A DNA stretch of 64,000 nucleotides. It comes from an uncultured Gammaproteobacteria bacterium (GTDB lineage Bacteria; Patescibacteriota; Microgenomatia; Daviesbacterales; UBA10151). A program made the position numbers and the translations under genes. Each line of letters opens with the position of its first letter. Positions within the stretch are counted from its first letter, which is position 1. Where the stretch lies: the NCBI GenBank assembly GCA_964547465.1, contig CAZJNI010000005.1, positions 7,020 to 71,019 on the forward strand, read 5' to 3'. Under the pieces are notes generated by a model. It was not told the origin of the DNA, ran no database searches, and saw nothing but the letters and a program-made list of their open reading frames with translations. Shown piece after piece: positions 28,624 to 38,656 of this stretch.

Positions 28624-29700
28624 TTACTTCAATACATAAATAGCTTTTTTGGTGCCGCCGGACTTTTTTACCAGACCTTTTTGGCGCAAAAACTTAAGCT
28701 CCCGCAAAACTGTATCATCTGAAAAATCCGGGAATATTTTTCTAAAATCTTTATTAGATAAACCCTTATGCCGGTGAATATATTCCATAATCATCATCTG
28801 CCGCTCATTTAAGGCAATCTGCTCCCCTAATTTATCCTTAATCCTGGCATCTGTTGAAATCCTCTGGACTTTTTCTTTAACTCTATTTAACTCAATAGCC
28901 ACACCTTCTGTAAAATATTCCAGCCATGGAGTTAAATCCCGCTCATGAGTATCCAAAACCAGCTGATTTGAGACAGCCTGCAGCGTTAAATAATAATCCA
29001 TGGGGTTTTCATCAAAATATTCCTCAAATGAGAAAAATTTCCTGATGTCATATCCATCCAGAAACATAATTAAAGTAGCAGTGGCCCTGGCAACTCTGCC
29101 ATTCCCATCCACAAAAGGGTGAATCCTGGCCAACTCATAATGAATGATACCGGCTTTTATAACAGGATTGCTGGATTTTGCCTCATCAGAGTTTATCCAG
29201 TTAACTAAATCCTCAACCTGGTATGGCACTTCCACTGCCGGAGGAGGAGTATAGGAAACTTGTCCGGTTTTGGTATTCCTGATTACCACTTGACGGATTC
29301 TAAATTTGCCACAAGAGTTCTCGGGCAGGATTTTTTCTGTGGTTAGCTTGTGCATTTCTAAAATTGTCTCCAAAGTAAAATTATATGCACCACTCTGACC
29401 AATTTGAGCTTGCACAGTATCTATAAACTTTAAAACATTCCTATAATTTAGTACCTCTTGAACATCCCGATCGCGTGCTACTACCTCCTGGCCATCCAAC
29501 ACATCTTTCACCTCTTCCTCTGACAGGGCATTTCCTTCCAGATGAGTGCCATGATGGACAGTTCTCTCCATAGCCTCTTTTCTAAATTTAGCCTCCCAGG
29601 CAGGAACCAGCGGAGCATTCATGATGACCTCACGAGCAGCTTCAACTATACCAATAGATTTTAAAACCTTGTTGGTGATCGTATACTTGGGAATAAACAT
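28624..29700 (-). CDS. Fic family protein with C-terminal HTH
   Basis: HPFVDGNGRVAR. Confidence 0.9.
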   Translation of the reverse strand: MFIPKYTITNKVLKSIGIVEAAREVIMNAPLVPAWEAKFRKEAMERTVHHGTHLEGNALSEEEVKDVLDGQEVVARDRDVQEVLNYRNVLKFIDTVQAQIGQSGAYNFTLETILEMHKLTTEKILPENSCGKFRIRQVVIRNTKTGQVSYTPPPAVEVPYQVEDLVNWINSDEAKSSNPVIKAGIIHYELARIHPFVDGNGRVARATATLIMFLDGYDIRKFFSFEEYFDENPMDYYLTLQAVSNQLVLDTHERDLTPWLEYFTEGVAIELNRVKEKVQRISTDARIKDKLGEQIALNERQMMIMEYIHRHKGLSNKDFRKIFPDFSDDTVLRELKFLRQKGLVKKSGGTKKAIYVLK

Positions 29701-29763
29701 TGACTCAATTTTCGCACATTTCCCGCAAAAAATCTAATTAAGAGTGGGACAATCTAGGACCTT

Positions 29764-30168
29764 CTACCTTTGATCCCGTGTGTCTCTAGCCTGATCATTA
29801 GCCTTCCTATTTTTTTCGTCCTTTATATCCCAAGCTCGGAGTATTGCTTCTTTGGATACACCTGCTTCAATTAAAGACCAAACCCATTGAGAATCATTAA
29901 TAAATTTTTCCCCTGCCTCAACTACTTTTCCAAAATCTCTAGCTAGTTCTATATGTTCTATGTTGTCAATTAGTTTGAATCTCTCAACAGTTTCTGTTTT
30001 TCTTGAAACTGCTAATCTGCCTAATCTAGTGTTTTCTTCCATTCTAGCTGAAAATCTTTCTTGAACAGGAACCTCATTTCCTGAGCCTTCATTACCTATC
30101 ATATGATTCCAATTAAACTCTCTCTCTCTCTCTGCCTTTGTCAAGCTTCCGCTTCTACAGTCATTCAT
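29764..30168 (-). CDS. Hypothetical protein
   Basis: 134-aa ORF; N-terminal GSLTKA shared with the neighbouring gene; contains (AG)8. Confidence 0.45.
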   Translation of the reverse strand: MNDCRSGSLTKAEREREFNWNHMIGNEGSGNEVPVQERFSARMEENTRLGRLAVSRKTETVERFKLIDNIEHIELARDFGKVVEAGEKFINDSQWVWSLIEAGVSKEAILRAWDIKDEKNRKANDQARDTRDQR

Positions 30169-30190
30169 ACCATTTGCTTGTACGATCGTA

Positions 30191-30694
30191 TCACGAAATG
30201 GTATGGCTTAATTTATTGGATTCAATAATTATCACCCACTTCTCTATCCCCAAATCCTTAATATAAGAATTTAGCTTATCAAAAATATTTCTTTTGGAAA
30301 TCCAGACACTTTTTTGTAAATGTTTGAAACCCCATTTTTTAAGATTCCTTCTAAAAAGGTTTCTGATAATCCGCTTTTCCTCCGGGATATCAAAAATAAC
30401 AATCCTGTATTTCCCATCCCATTTACTTTCATCAAATGGATCTTGTATCAAATCCCTTCCCTCTTCTGTTAATTTTATAATTATATCCTTTTTCAGCTTT
30501 ACTTCCTCAATTAAGCCATTTTCTCTTAATCTTTTAAGAGCTTGAGAAAGTGATGACTGCCTAAGCTCTGGGACCCCATAATGATACCTATAATAGTGGT
30601 TTGCAAAATCTTCAAATCTAACATAACCATCTACAGTTTTCTCTAATACTAAAAGGATTGCTTTTGTTAAACTTCCTTCCCTTCTGGCCTTCAT
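30191..30694 (-). CDS. PaaX-like regulator (winged HTH plus Cas2-like ferredoxin domain)
   Basis: WDGKYRIVIFDIPE...GFKHLQKSVW; start moved to MKARREG. Confidence 0.8.
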   Translation of the reverse strand: MKARREGSLTKAILLVLEKTVDGYVRFEDFANHYYRYHYGVPELRQSSLSQALKRLRENGLIEEVKLKKDIIIKLTEEGRDLIQDPFDESKWDGKYRIVIFDIPEEKRIIRNLFRRNLKKWGFKHLQKSVWISKRNIFDKLNSYIKDLGIEKWVIIIESNKLSHTIS

Positions 30695-30739
30695 AACAAT
30701 ATGATGTACGATCGCATACCGTATTGTCAATATATGAAC

Positions 30740-33700
30740 TTAATTACTGACATACTCATCCCAGGATTTTATTTGAAGATCCCCCATTTTTTTGGAAGAT
30801 AAGGCGGAAATCAAAAGTTGTGCTGATTGAAGATTGGTAACAAGCGTAATTCCCAAATCCACACAATTTCTTCTGATAATATAGCCGTCAGTCTCTCCTT
30901 TTTCCCCTCCTCCCTCCGAGATATTTATGGCCAAATCGATTTTGCCGTCTTTTAATAAATCCAAAATTGACGGGTGTTTTTTCTCTGAAATTTTATAAAC
31001 TTTAGTATTTTTAACACCGGATTCCTTCAGGAAATCTGCTGTCCCTTCTGTTGCATAAATTTCAAAGCCTAAATTGTTCAATCTTTTTGCAGCAATCAGC
31101 ATATCAAGTTTATTCTTCTGCCCGCCTAAGGATAAAAAAATATATTTCTTTGGCCATTTAAATCCTGTTGAAAGCAGAGATTTAAGATATGCTTCTTGCA
31201 AATCCAAGCCAAAACAAGCAACCTCTCCGGTTGAGGACATCTCCACCCGAAGCCTTGGATCTGCTCCTTTAATTCTATTAAAAGAAAACTGCGGTGCTTT
31301 AACAGCCACATAATCTAGATCTAGCGTTTTAAAATCCCCCTCTATTTTCTCACCCAGCATAACTTTGGTGGCCAAATCTATAAAATTATATCCTGTTACT
31401 TTTGAAACAAAGGGGAAAGATCTGGACGCTCTAAGGTTTAGTTCAATTACCAAAATTTTATTTTCTTTGGCTAAGAATTGGATATTAAATGGTCCGTTAA
31501 TTTTTAATTCTTTGATTATTTTTTTGGTTGCATCTTTTATTTTTCTGACAGTTTCCAAATAAAGCCGTTGAGGCGGCAAAACTATAGTTGAGTCCCCTGA
31601 ATGAACCCCGGCATTTTCAACATGTTCTGAAATTGCATATATTAAAAGTTCACCGTTTTGTCCAACACCATCAATTTCGATTTCCTTTGCCCCTTCCACA
31701 AATTTGGAAATTACCACCGGATGTTCGCTGGATACATCTGAAGCCTCTTTTAAATATTTTTTTAAATCAGAAGATGAATATGCAACATTCATGGCCGAGC
31801 CTGAAAGTACATAAGATGGCCTCACTAGCACCGGATAGCCGATCTTTCTTGAAAAAGTTAATGCTTCAGAAACATTTTTCAAGATACTCCATAAAGGTTG
31901 TTTAATTTTTAACTTATCCAAAAGCGCGGAGAATTTATTCCTATCTTCTGCAATATCAATAGAGATGGGTGATGTTCCTAAAATTTTGTATCCAAAGTTA
32001 TGACACCTCATTGCCAGATTATTTGGCACCTGCCCCCCGAAACCTAAAATAAGACTTGCTGTTTGTTCCAAGTCATAAATATCTGATACCCGCTCATATG
32101 TTAACTCTTCAAAATATAGCTTGTCAGCTAAATCATAATCTGTTGAAACAGTTTCAGGATTACAATTTATAATAATTGTCTCTAAACCTTTATTCCTTAA
32201 AGTCTGTGCACAAGTTACGGAACACCAGTCAAATTCCACAGATGATCCGATTCTATAAGGTCCGGATCCCAAGACTATTGCTTTAGCGCGTAAGCGCGAG
32301 CTTTGCTCGTTACTTGGAACTTGGAACTTGGAACTTGGAACTTCTGATTCATCAGCATGATATGTCAGATATAAATAATTTGTTTTGGCCGGGAATTCTC
32401 CTGCCAAAGTATCAATATGTTTTACTTTCGGAATTATTTTATGCTTTTTTCTAAACTCTCTAATTTTTTGCTCTGTTGTTTTAACAGCTTTTGCAATCAG
32501 TTTGTCAGAAAACCCCAGCTTTTTCGCATTCAAAATAGTCTGATAGCTGATAGCTGACGACTGATAGCTTCTTAAATTTTTCTCGAATTCTACAATTTCC
32601 TCAATATGATACAAAAACCAGGGATCAATTCCTGTTTCCTCATATACTTTCTCAATACTTTCTCCTTTTAAAAATCTTTGAGATATAGCAAAAATTCTTT
32701 CAGTTGTTGGCAGAAGCTTTGTATCGTCAACATCATTCCCGAGTAACCCATCCTGGCCAGTCTCCAACATCCTAATGGCTTTTTGCATTGCCTCTGGAAA
32801 ACTTCTGCCAACGGCCATCACCTCACCTACTGATTTCATTTCAGAGCCAATAGTTTCATGAGCCCCAACAAACTTCTGCAGATCCCATCTGGGGATTTTA
32901 ACCACAATATAATCCAAAGCCGGCTCAAAAAAAGCAGAGCTGGATTGTGTGACAGAGTTTCTTAAATCAGTTAGATTATGGCCAAGTCCTATTTTGGCAG
33001 CAATGTAGGCCAGCGGATAACCTGTGGCTTTGGAAGCTAGCGCTGATGATCTTGAAAGTCTGGCATTAACCTCAATTACTCTATAATCATTATTTTCCGG
33101 ATTTAGAGCATATTGAATATTACACTCCCCAACAATCCCTAAATATTCAATCACCTGCAAAGCCATTCTTCGTAACATATGATACTGATAATTGTTTAAA
33201 GTTTGAGAAGGAGCAACCACGATTGATTCTCCAGTGTGAATCCCTAACGGATCTAAATTCTCCATATTACAAACAGTGATTTTGTTGCCACTTTTATCTC
33301 TAACTACTTCATATTCAATCTCTTTCCAATGCTTTAAATACTCTTCAACAGCAATCTGGGGGGCTTGATGTAGAGCAGCTGAGGCCATCTTTACTAACTC
33401 ATCTTTACTGTTAACAACTCCAGATCCTAGGCCACCCAAAGAAAAGGCTGATCTGATAAGTAAAGGATAGCCCAATTTTTCAGCTAAATTTAGCGCTTGA
33501 TTTAAGGTTTTGGCAAAACCTCCTTTGGGGACTTTGATATTAATTTTTGAGAGCGTTTTGGCAAATAATTCCCTATCTTCTGTCACTTCGATAGTTTTAA
33601 CTGAAGTTCCCAAAACTTTAATCCCGTGTTTTTTAAACACCCCGCTCTTTTCCAAGGCTAAACCACAATTTAGGGCTGTTTGCCCTCCAAAAGAAAGATA

Positions 33701-33940
33701 TATTCCATCTGGTTTTTCTTTTTTAATTATTGCTTCCACAAAATAAGGGGTAACAGGAAGAAAATAAATCTTGTCCGCGAGATCTTTTGATGTTTGAATT
33801 GTAGCAATGTTAGGATTTATTAAAATAGTCTGCAGGCCTTCTTCTTTTAAGGCTTTCAAAGCCTGGGAGCCAGAGTAATCAAATTCCCCTGCCTCCCCTA
33901 TCTTTAGCGCTCCTGATCCTAAAACTAAAATTTTTTTCAT
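30740..33940 (-). CDS. carB: Carbamoyl-phosphate synthase large subunit
   Basis: LGSGALKIGEAGEFDYSGSQA; duplicated ATP-grasp halves; MGS domain. Confidence 0.97.
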   Translation of the reverse strand: MKKILVLGSGALKIGEAGEFDYSGSQALKALKEEGLQTILINPNIATIQTSKDLADKIYFLPVTPYFVEAIIKKEKPDGIYLSFGGQTALNCGLALEKSGVFKKHGIKVLGTSVKTIEVTEDRELFAKTLSKINIKVPKGGFAKTLNQALNLAEKLGYPLLIRSAFSLGGLGSGVVNSKDELVKMASAALHQAPQIAVEEYLKHWKEIEYEVVRDKSGNKITVCNMENLDPLGIHTGESIVVAPSQTLNNYQYHMLRRMALQVIEYLGIVGECNIQYALNPENNDYRVIEVNARLSRSSALASKATGYPLAYIAAKIGLGHNLTDLRNSVTQSSSAFFEPALDYIVVKIPRWDLQKFVGAHETIGSEMKSVGEVMAVGRSFPEAMQKAIRMLETGQDGLLGNDVDDTKLLPTTERIFAISQRFLKGESIEKVYEETGIDPWFLYHIEEIVEFEKNLRSYQSSAISYQTILNAKKLGFSDKLIAKAVKTTEQKIREFRKKHKIIPKVKHIDTLAGEFPAKTNYLYLTYHADESEVPSSKFQVPSNEQSSRLRAKAIVLGSGPYRIGSSVEFDWCSVTCAQTLRNKGLETIIINCNPETVSTDYDLADKLYFEELTYERVSDIYDLEQTASLILGFGGQVPNNLAMRCHNFGYKILGTSPISIDIAEDRNKFSALLDKLKIKQPLWSILKNVSEALTFSRKIGYPVLVRPSYVLSGSAMNVAYSSSDLKKYLKEASDVSSEHPVVISKFVEGAKEIEIDGVGQNGELLIYAISEHVENAGVHSGDSTIVLPPQRLYLETVRKIKDATKKIIKELKINGPFNIQFLAKENKILVIELNLRASRSFPFVSKVTGYNFIDLATKVMLGEKIEGDFKTLDLDYVAVKAPQFSFNRIKGADPRLRVEMSSTGEVACFGLDLQEAYLKSLLSTGFKWPKKYIFLSLGGQKNKLDMLIAAKRLNNLGFEIYATEGTADFLKESGVKNTKVYKISEKKHPSILDLLKDGKIDLAINISEGGGEKGETDGYIIRRNCVDLGITLVTNLQSAQLLISALSSKKMGDLQIKSWDEYVSN

Positions 33941-33982
33941 AAGCAAAGCTTGCGATAACTTCATTATCTTAAGTAACTTAAG

Positions 33983-35056
33983 TTACTTAAGTAACTTAAT
34001 ATATTCATCAAAGAGAAATCCTGCATCAAATGGGCCTGGATTGGCTTCAGGATGAAATTGCACTGCCATAAATGGTTTTTTCTTATGCCTTATTCCTTCA
34101 TTTGTACCATCATTTAAATTCACAAACCACTCTTCCCATTCTTTACCCAAGGATTTCATGTCCACAGCAAAACCATGATTTTGAGAAGTTATAATTGCTT
34201 GATTGGTTACTTTATTTATAACAGGTTGGTTCTGCCCCCTATGACCAAACTTTAGCTTATATGTATTTCCTCCTGCAGCAAGACAGATAATCTGGGACCC
34301 TAAACAAATTCCAAAAGTGGGAAGTCCTTTTTTTAAAACATCAGCCACATTCTTAATTGTAATTTGGGCTTGTTTTGGATCTCCCGGCCCATTTGAAATA
34401 AATACTCCATTATATTTAAAATCAGCCTCTAGCGGATTAAAATCCCAGGGTACTTTGGTTATTTTTACCCCTCTTCTATTCAGTGATCTAATAATATTTT
34501 CCTTATCCCCGCAATCAATTAACACAACATTTTTCTTTCCTTCACCATACACCTCTATCTTATCCACACTCACATACGGCAGTACATTCTCTGAATTGGG
34601 ATCATAGATCTTCTTTCCACCTTCCATCTTCAATTTTCCAACTTCCAACTTTCCCAGCATCACCCCATGTTTCCTTAACTTGATGGTTAATGATCTTGTA
34701 TCAACCCCGGCTAATGCAGGGACACCTTCAGTTTTTAGCCAATCAGAAAGTGTTCTTTCAGATTCAAAATGAGAAGGGTCATCAATATAATTTTGTACAA
34801 TTAAAGCTTTAACCTGAATCTTTTTTGATTCCCAGAATTTTTTATCAGGAACACCATAATTGCCAACCAGCGGGTAAGTTAAAACCAAAATTTGTCCAAA
34901 ATATGATGGGTCTGTTAGAGATTCCGGGTATCCTACCATTCCGGTATTAAAAACCACCTCGCCGGACGTGGGCTCATCGCCCAATGAGGTACTAACCCCT
35001 GCTCCAAAGCTTTGCCCTAAAAAAACTGTCCCATCGGACAGAATCAGTTTACCCAT
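33983..35056 (-). CDS. carA: Carbamoyl-phosphate synthase small subunit
   Basis: GEVVFNTGM.GY; SNGPGDP; GICLG; VQFHPEA. Confidence 0.96.
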   Translation of the reverse strand: MGKLILSDGTVFLGQSFGAGVSTSLGDEPTSGEVVFNTGMVGYPESLTDPSYFGQILVLTYPLVGNYGVPDKKFWESKKIQVKALIVQNYIDDPSHFESERTLSDWLKTEGVPALAGVDTRSLTIKLRKHGVMLGKLEVGKLKMEGGKKIYDPNSENVLPYVSVDKIEVYGEGKKNVVLIDCGDKENIIRSLNRRGVKITKVPWDFNPLEADFKYNGVFISNGPGDPKQAQITIKNVADVLKKGLPTFGICLGSQIICLAAGGNTYKLKFGHRGQNQPVINKVTNQAIITSQNHGFAVDMKSLGKEWEEWFVNLNDGTNEGIRHKKKPFMAVQFHPEANPGPFDAGFLFDEYIKLLK

Positions 35057-35072
35057 ATTTTGTCCTTTAAAC

Positions 35073-36014
35073 TTAAAGCCTGCCAAGCACTAAACTAAGT
35101 AATGCCTCACGAACATATAAACCATTTCTGGCCTGGGAAAAATAAATAGCATTCGGGTGTGCATCCAACTCTGATGTCATTTCATTTACTCTGGGTAGTG
35201 GGTGCATTAACTTTACCCCCTTATCCAACTGACTTAAGAACTCCTTGCCTAATATGAATTCATCTTTGATCTTGTTATAAATTTTCATATCTTCAAACCT
35301 TTCTTTTTGAACTCTTGTTTGATACAGAAAATTTATTCCATTAAAATCTTCAGGGGTTTTTGTCAAAATCTTAAAATTTATCTTTCTTTTTTTCAAAAGT
35401 TTAAGATATTCATCAGGCATAGCCAAGCTCGGATGGGAGATGAAAATTTGTTTTACTCTAAAATTAGACAAAGCAACAGAAAGGGCATGTACAGTTCTGC
35501 CATATTTTAAATCACCCATAAAAGCTACACTAATGCCGTCGATTTTACCAGCTTCTTTGAGCATTGTATAAAGATCAAGCATAGTTTGAGTAGGATGCTG
35601 GTTAGGTCCGTCTCCGGCATTAATTACTGGAATTTGGGCTACATCTGCAGCTTCCTTGGCAGCCCCGGCCTTTGGGTGTCTGATAATCAATACATCTGCG
35701 TAAGCATCCATAATTCTGATGGTATCGGCAAAAGTTTCACCTTTGTGGATACTGGTAGACTCCGGGTCATTAAACCCAATTACCCCCATGCCTATTTTTT
35801 GGGCAGCTGACCTGAAGGATTGTTCAGTACGGGTGGATTGCTCAAAAAACAACACTGCGGCAATTTTACCCTGGGCAATTGTGTAATTGGATCTGTCTTT
35901 TTTGACAAAGTAAGGATCAAATTTTTTAGCTGTTTTTAAAATGAATAATAATTCCTTCCTGGAAAAATCATTTATGTCTATAATGTCTCTACCCTTAAAG
36001 TTAGCTGTACCCAT
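35073..36014 (-). CDS. pyrB: Aspartate carbamoyltransferase
   Basis: FFEQSTRT; HPTQ; GDLKYGRTVH; MHPLPR. Confidence 0.95.
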   Translation of the reverse strand: MGTANFKGRDIIDINDFSRKELLFILKTAKKFDPYFVKKDRSNYTIAQGKIAAVLFFEQSTRTEQSFRSAAQKIGMGVIGFNDPESTSIHKGETFADTIRIMDAYADVLIIRHPKAGAAKEAADVAQIPVINAGDGPNQHPTQTMLDLYTMLKEAGKIDGISVAFMGDLKYGRTVHALSVALSNFRVKQIFISHPSLAMPDEYLKLLKKRKINFKILTKTPEDFNGINFLYQTRVQKERFEDMKIYNKIKDEFILGKEFLSQLDKGVKLMHPLPRVNEMTSELDAHPNAIYFSQARNGLYVREALLSLVLGRL

Positions 36015-36021
36015 ATTTTTT

Positions 36022-36132
36022 AAAAAAAATCCGCCCATTGGCGGATCAACTAATTATCAAAAATAATCTAAAAATGTATCTTTTAAGCATAGAACCTTTG
36101 CATAGTTTAATATTAATGAATCTGCTTGTCAA
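36022..36132 (-). promoter_or_regulatory. Promoter, 14-aa leader ORF and intrinsic terminator ahead of pyrB (putative attenuator)
   Basis: TTGACA-17-TAAACT; MLKRYIFRLFLIIS* at 36090-36046; atccgcc-aatg-ggcggat followed by a T run. Confidence 0.7.
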
Positions 36133-36138
36133 CAACTA

Positions 36139-36645
36139 TCAAGAAAGCGTGATATCATACATTTTCATAAGAGCTGGTTTATTGTTTTTTGTTTTTAAAA
36201 ATTTTGAATATGTGGGCTTACTCTTAACTCTTAACATACCTTCGATTACTTTTTGAGCTTTTTTATTTTCCAGTTCCACAATTGCTATTAGTTGAGAACC
36301 GGGGTAAAGATCTAAATGTAGATCTCTGGCCGATTTTAATATTAACACCCCGAAACCTCCTGGTTTAAAAGACAACCACGAGCCGAATTCTTTTATCTCT
36401 TGGCCGGTGGAGTTTTGTCCATAATGCCAGATCTGTCCAAAAGCCAGAAGATTTCCCTTATTATCCAGACATAAAATTGTCCTGCCATCATTCATAGCTT
36501 CAACAATCTGATTGGGACTAAATTGAACCATGGTATAGGGATGCACAGACAACCCCTGACTTATTTGATTGGCATAACCCAAAAGTCTGTCTTGAGGAAG
36601 TTGTTTAACAGCTTCTCCCATAATAATTTTTTCAGCCCTGTTCAT
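36139..36645 (-). CDS. Hypothetical protein, possibly GNAT-like
   Basis: 168-aa ORF; weak E.GS....GGFG...N.KA pattern. Confidence 0.5.
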   Translation of the reverse strand: MNRAEKIIMGEAVKQLPQDRLLGYANQISQGLSVHPYTMVQFSPNQIVEAMNDGRTILCLDNKGNLLAFGQIWHYGQNSTGQEIKEFGSWLSFKPGGFGVLILKSARDLHLDLYPGSQLIAIVELENKKAQKVIEGMLRVKSKPTYSKFLKTKNNKPALMKMYDITLS

Positions 36646-37703
36646 CTCTTACTGGAATTAGCTGGATATATTACCCGTCCCATTGATCTTAAAATATTTT
36701 CACCATCATATATTTTTTGACCCCTAATAGTTACACCTGTTATCCTCCCTTTTACCTTTTTTCCGGCAAATGGTGTCCAGTCACACTTGGTGAAAAAGTT
36801 TTTAGGGTTTAGGGTATAGGGTATAGTATCTTCAACTTCAATATAAGTTCTGGAATCTGTTGGGGTATTAAAAATTTTGGCAGGATTGCTGTGGCAAAGA
36901 CGAATAATATCCTCTACTTTTAATTTATCCTCATGGACTGCTGTTAAAAGCAGCGGCAGAGTAGTTTCCAGTCCGGGAACACCAAACGGCGGATTAGCTC
37001 CATTTTTCTCTTGTTTGGTATGAGGAGCATGATCAGATTCTATAATATCAATAACATCCAAATTCTGCCAAAGATAATCTTGGTCTTTTTGGCTTTTTAA
37101 GGATGGCTTCATTAGGCCAAATGGGCCCAATCTTTTTACATCTGCCTCTGTCAAAAACAGATGATGAGGAGTAACACCACAAGTTATAGGTAAACCCGTC
37201 TTTTTAGCCAAAATAATGCTAGACAGTTCCTCTTTTGAGGAAACGTGGCAAATATGAGTCTTTTTTTGTGTAGTGCGAATTACATTCAAAGCCATTTGCA
37301 TAGTTTCACCTTCGCAATGTAGCAGTATTGGTTGATTCGAAGGCCAACTCTGATAAATCCTAGTTAGCTTTTCTTCATTAATTAGGAAGTTTCCAGTCGT
37401 AGAATTTAAGTAGAGTTTAATTCCAAATGCCAAATCTTTTACTTTTTCAAATTCATCCAGATTATCTCCCAGGGATCCAAAGTAAAAACCTACATCACAT
37501 ATGGCGTTTTTTCTGGCGAGCTCTATTTTCTCTTGAAGCTTATCTTCACTAGTAATAGGTTCTTTATTATTGGGCATATCCAAAACCGTTACAAAACCAC
37601 CGGCAATTGCAGCCTTCGTGCCGGTTAAAAAATCTTCCTTATGTTCCTGACCAGGAGTTCTTAAATGTACATGGCTATCAATCAGTCCTGGAAGAATAAT
37701 CAT
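36642..37703 (-). CDS. pyrC: Dihydroorotase
   Basis: LPGLIDSHVHLR; DMPNN; SDHAPH; GVPGLET; start moved to MIILPG. Confidence 0.9.
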   Translation of the reverse strand: MIILPGLIDSHVHLRTPGQEHKEDFLTGTKAAIAGGFVTVLDMPNNKEPITSEDKLQEKIELARKNAICDVGFYFGSLGDNLDEFEKVKDLAFGIKLYLNSTTGNFLINEEKLTRIYQSWPSNQPILLHCEGETMQMALNVIRTTQKKTHICHVSSKEELSSIILAKKTGLPITCGVTPHHLFLTEADVKRLGPFGLMKPSLKSQKDQDYLWQNLDVIDIIESDHAPHTKQEKNGANPPFGVPGLETTLPLLLTAVHEDKLKVEDIIRLCHSNPAKIFNTPTDSRTYIEVEDTIPYTLNPKNFFTKCDWTPFAGKKVKGRITGVTIRGQKIYDGENILRSMGRVIYPANSSKR

Positions 37704-37764
37704 TGAGAGTTTATAGAGTTTAATATATCTTGATGTAATTTTAAAGTACCTGTACAATCTAGAT

Positions 37765-38025
37765 ATGGCTAAAAAGAACGGATTTATATTCCATAAAGAG
37801 TTAATGCAACAGCTGGTTACTTTATCTACCTCTGCTTTTGGTTTGGCTGCAGCTTTAGCCTGGAATGATACTATCCAGCAAACTGTTAAGGAATTTATTG
37901 AACCAAGAATTCCCAATTCAGGATTACTTTCCCGCTTTATTTATGCAGCAATGGTGACTGCATTGGGAGTTATTGTCACCTTTGAACTCTCCCGCCTTGC
38001 CTCCCGCTGGGGCATTAAGAAATGA
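37765..38025 (+). CDS. DUF5654-like small membrane protein
   Basis: AFGLAAALAWND motif; TACAAT 6 nt before the ATG. Confidence 0.75.
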   Translation: MAKKNGFIFHKELMQQLVTLSTSAFGLAAALAWNDTIQQTVKEFIEPRIPNSGLLSRFIYAAMVTALGVIVTFELSRLASRWGIKK

Positions 38026-38038
38026 TATACTAACTTTA

Positions 38039-38641
38039 ATGTCCCAAAAAGGGCTTGCACCAATAACTATAATAGTTGGGATTTTAATAGCAGTGATTAT
38101 TGCTGGTGGAGCATATTATTTAGGAAGACAAACTACTCCCAAATCCTCACCTGCTGTTGTTTCCCAAACTCCACAACCTACTCCATCTCCAACTCCAGAT
38201 GCCAGCCCTGTACCGAATGGTACCGGGGAAACTGCCAACTGGAAAACATATACAAATACAGTCTATCAGTATTCTTTAAAATATCCGCCTCATTGGCAAT
38301 ATATCATATGTCAATCTTCTAATAATTTTTACTTTGATCCTAATCCTGCTTGTGAAACTGATGATCCTGGGGTACTTACATTGCACATTGATAACGAAAT
38401 AAAACAGCCACTTATTAATATTAGCGATGAATTTCAGGCGGTAAGCAAAAAGGTGGTCACAATAGGAAATGAGCAGGGAGAGAAAATTTTAGTTGAGAAA
38501 GTGAAACCAGCACCAGGAGCAGATAAAATTACAATTGCTGCAGTAACCCACAATGGTAAAACTTACACATTTAACCTACAAGACATTAATGAAGAAAATA
38601 CACTTGATCAAATCCTTTCCACCTTTAAATTCCTACCTTAG
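38039..38641 (+). CDS. Membrane-anchored PsbP-like extracellular protein
   Basis: MSQKGLA + TM + PT linker; WKTYTN..Y.YS.KYP..W; DQILSTFKF. Confidence 0.7.
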   Translation: MSQKGLAPITIIVGILIAVIIAGGAYYLGRQTTPKSSPAVVSQTPQPTPSPTPDASPVPNGTGETANWKTYTNTVYQYSLKYPPHWQYIICQSSNNFYFDPNPACETDDPGVLTLHIDNEIKQPLINISDEFQAVSKKVVTIGNEQGEKILVEKVKPAPGADKITIAAVTHNGKTYTFNLQDINEENTLDQILSTFKFLP

Positions 38642-38656
38642 TTTTTCTCCTATTAG

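Noticed and set aside
29738-29764. EGPRLSHS* as a displaced PaaX-like 3' end (ESNKLSHT)
   Set aside because: Too short and too diverged at DNA level to support.
30191-30694. Cas2-like domain suggesting CRISPR-Cas
   Set aside because: It is fused to a winged HTH as in PaaX-like proteins, and there is no cas1 and no repeat-spacer array in the window.
36801-36829. TTTAGGG telomere-like repeat
   Set aside because: Only two exact units, inside pyrC; better treated as one of the 7-bp arrays.
38608-38636. Resemblance to the recF 3' end
   Set aside because: The match is gapped and AT-rich, and it encodes the DQILSTFKF tail typical of that protein family on the other strand.
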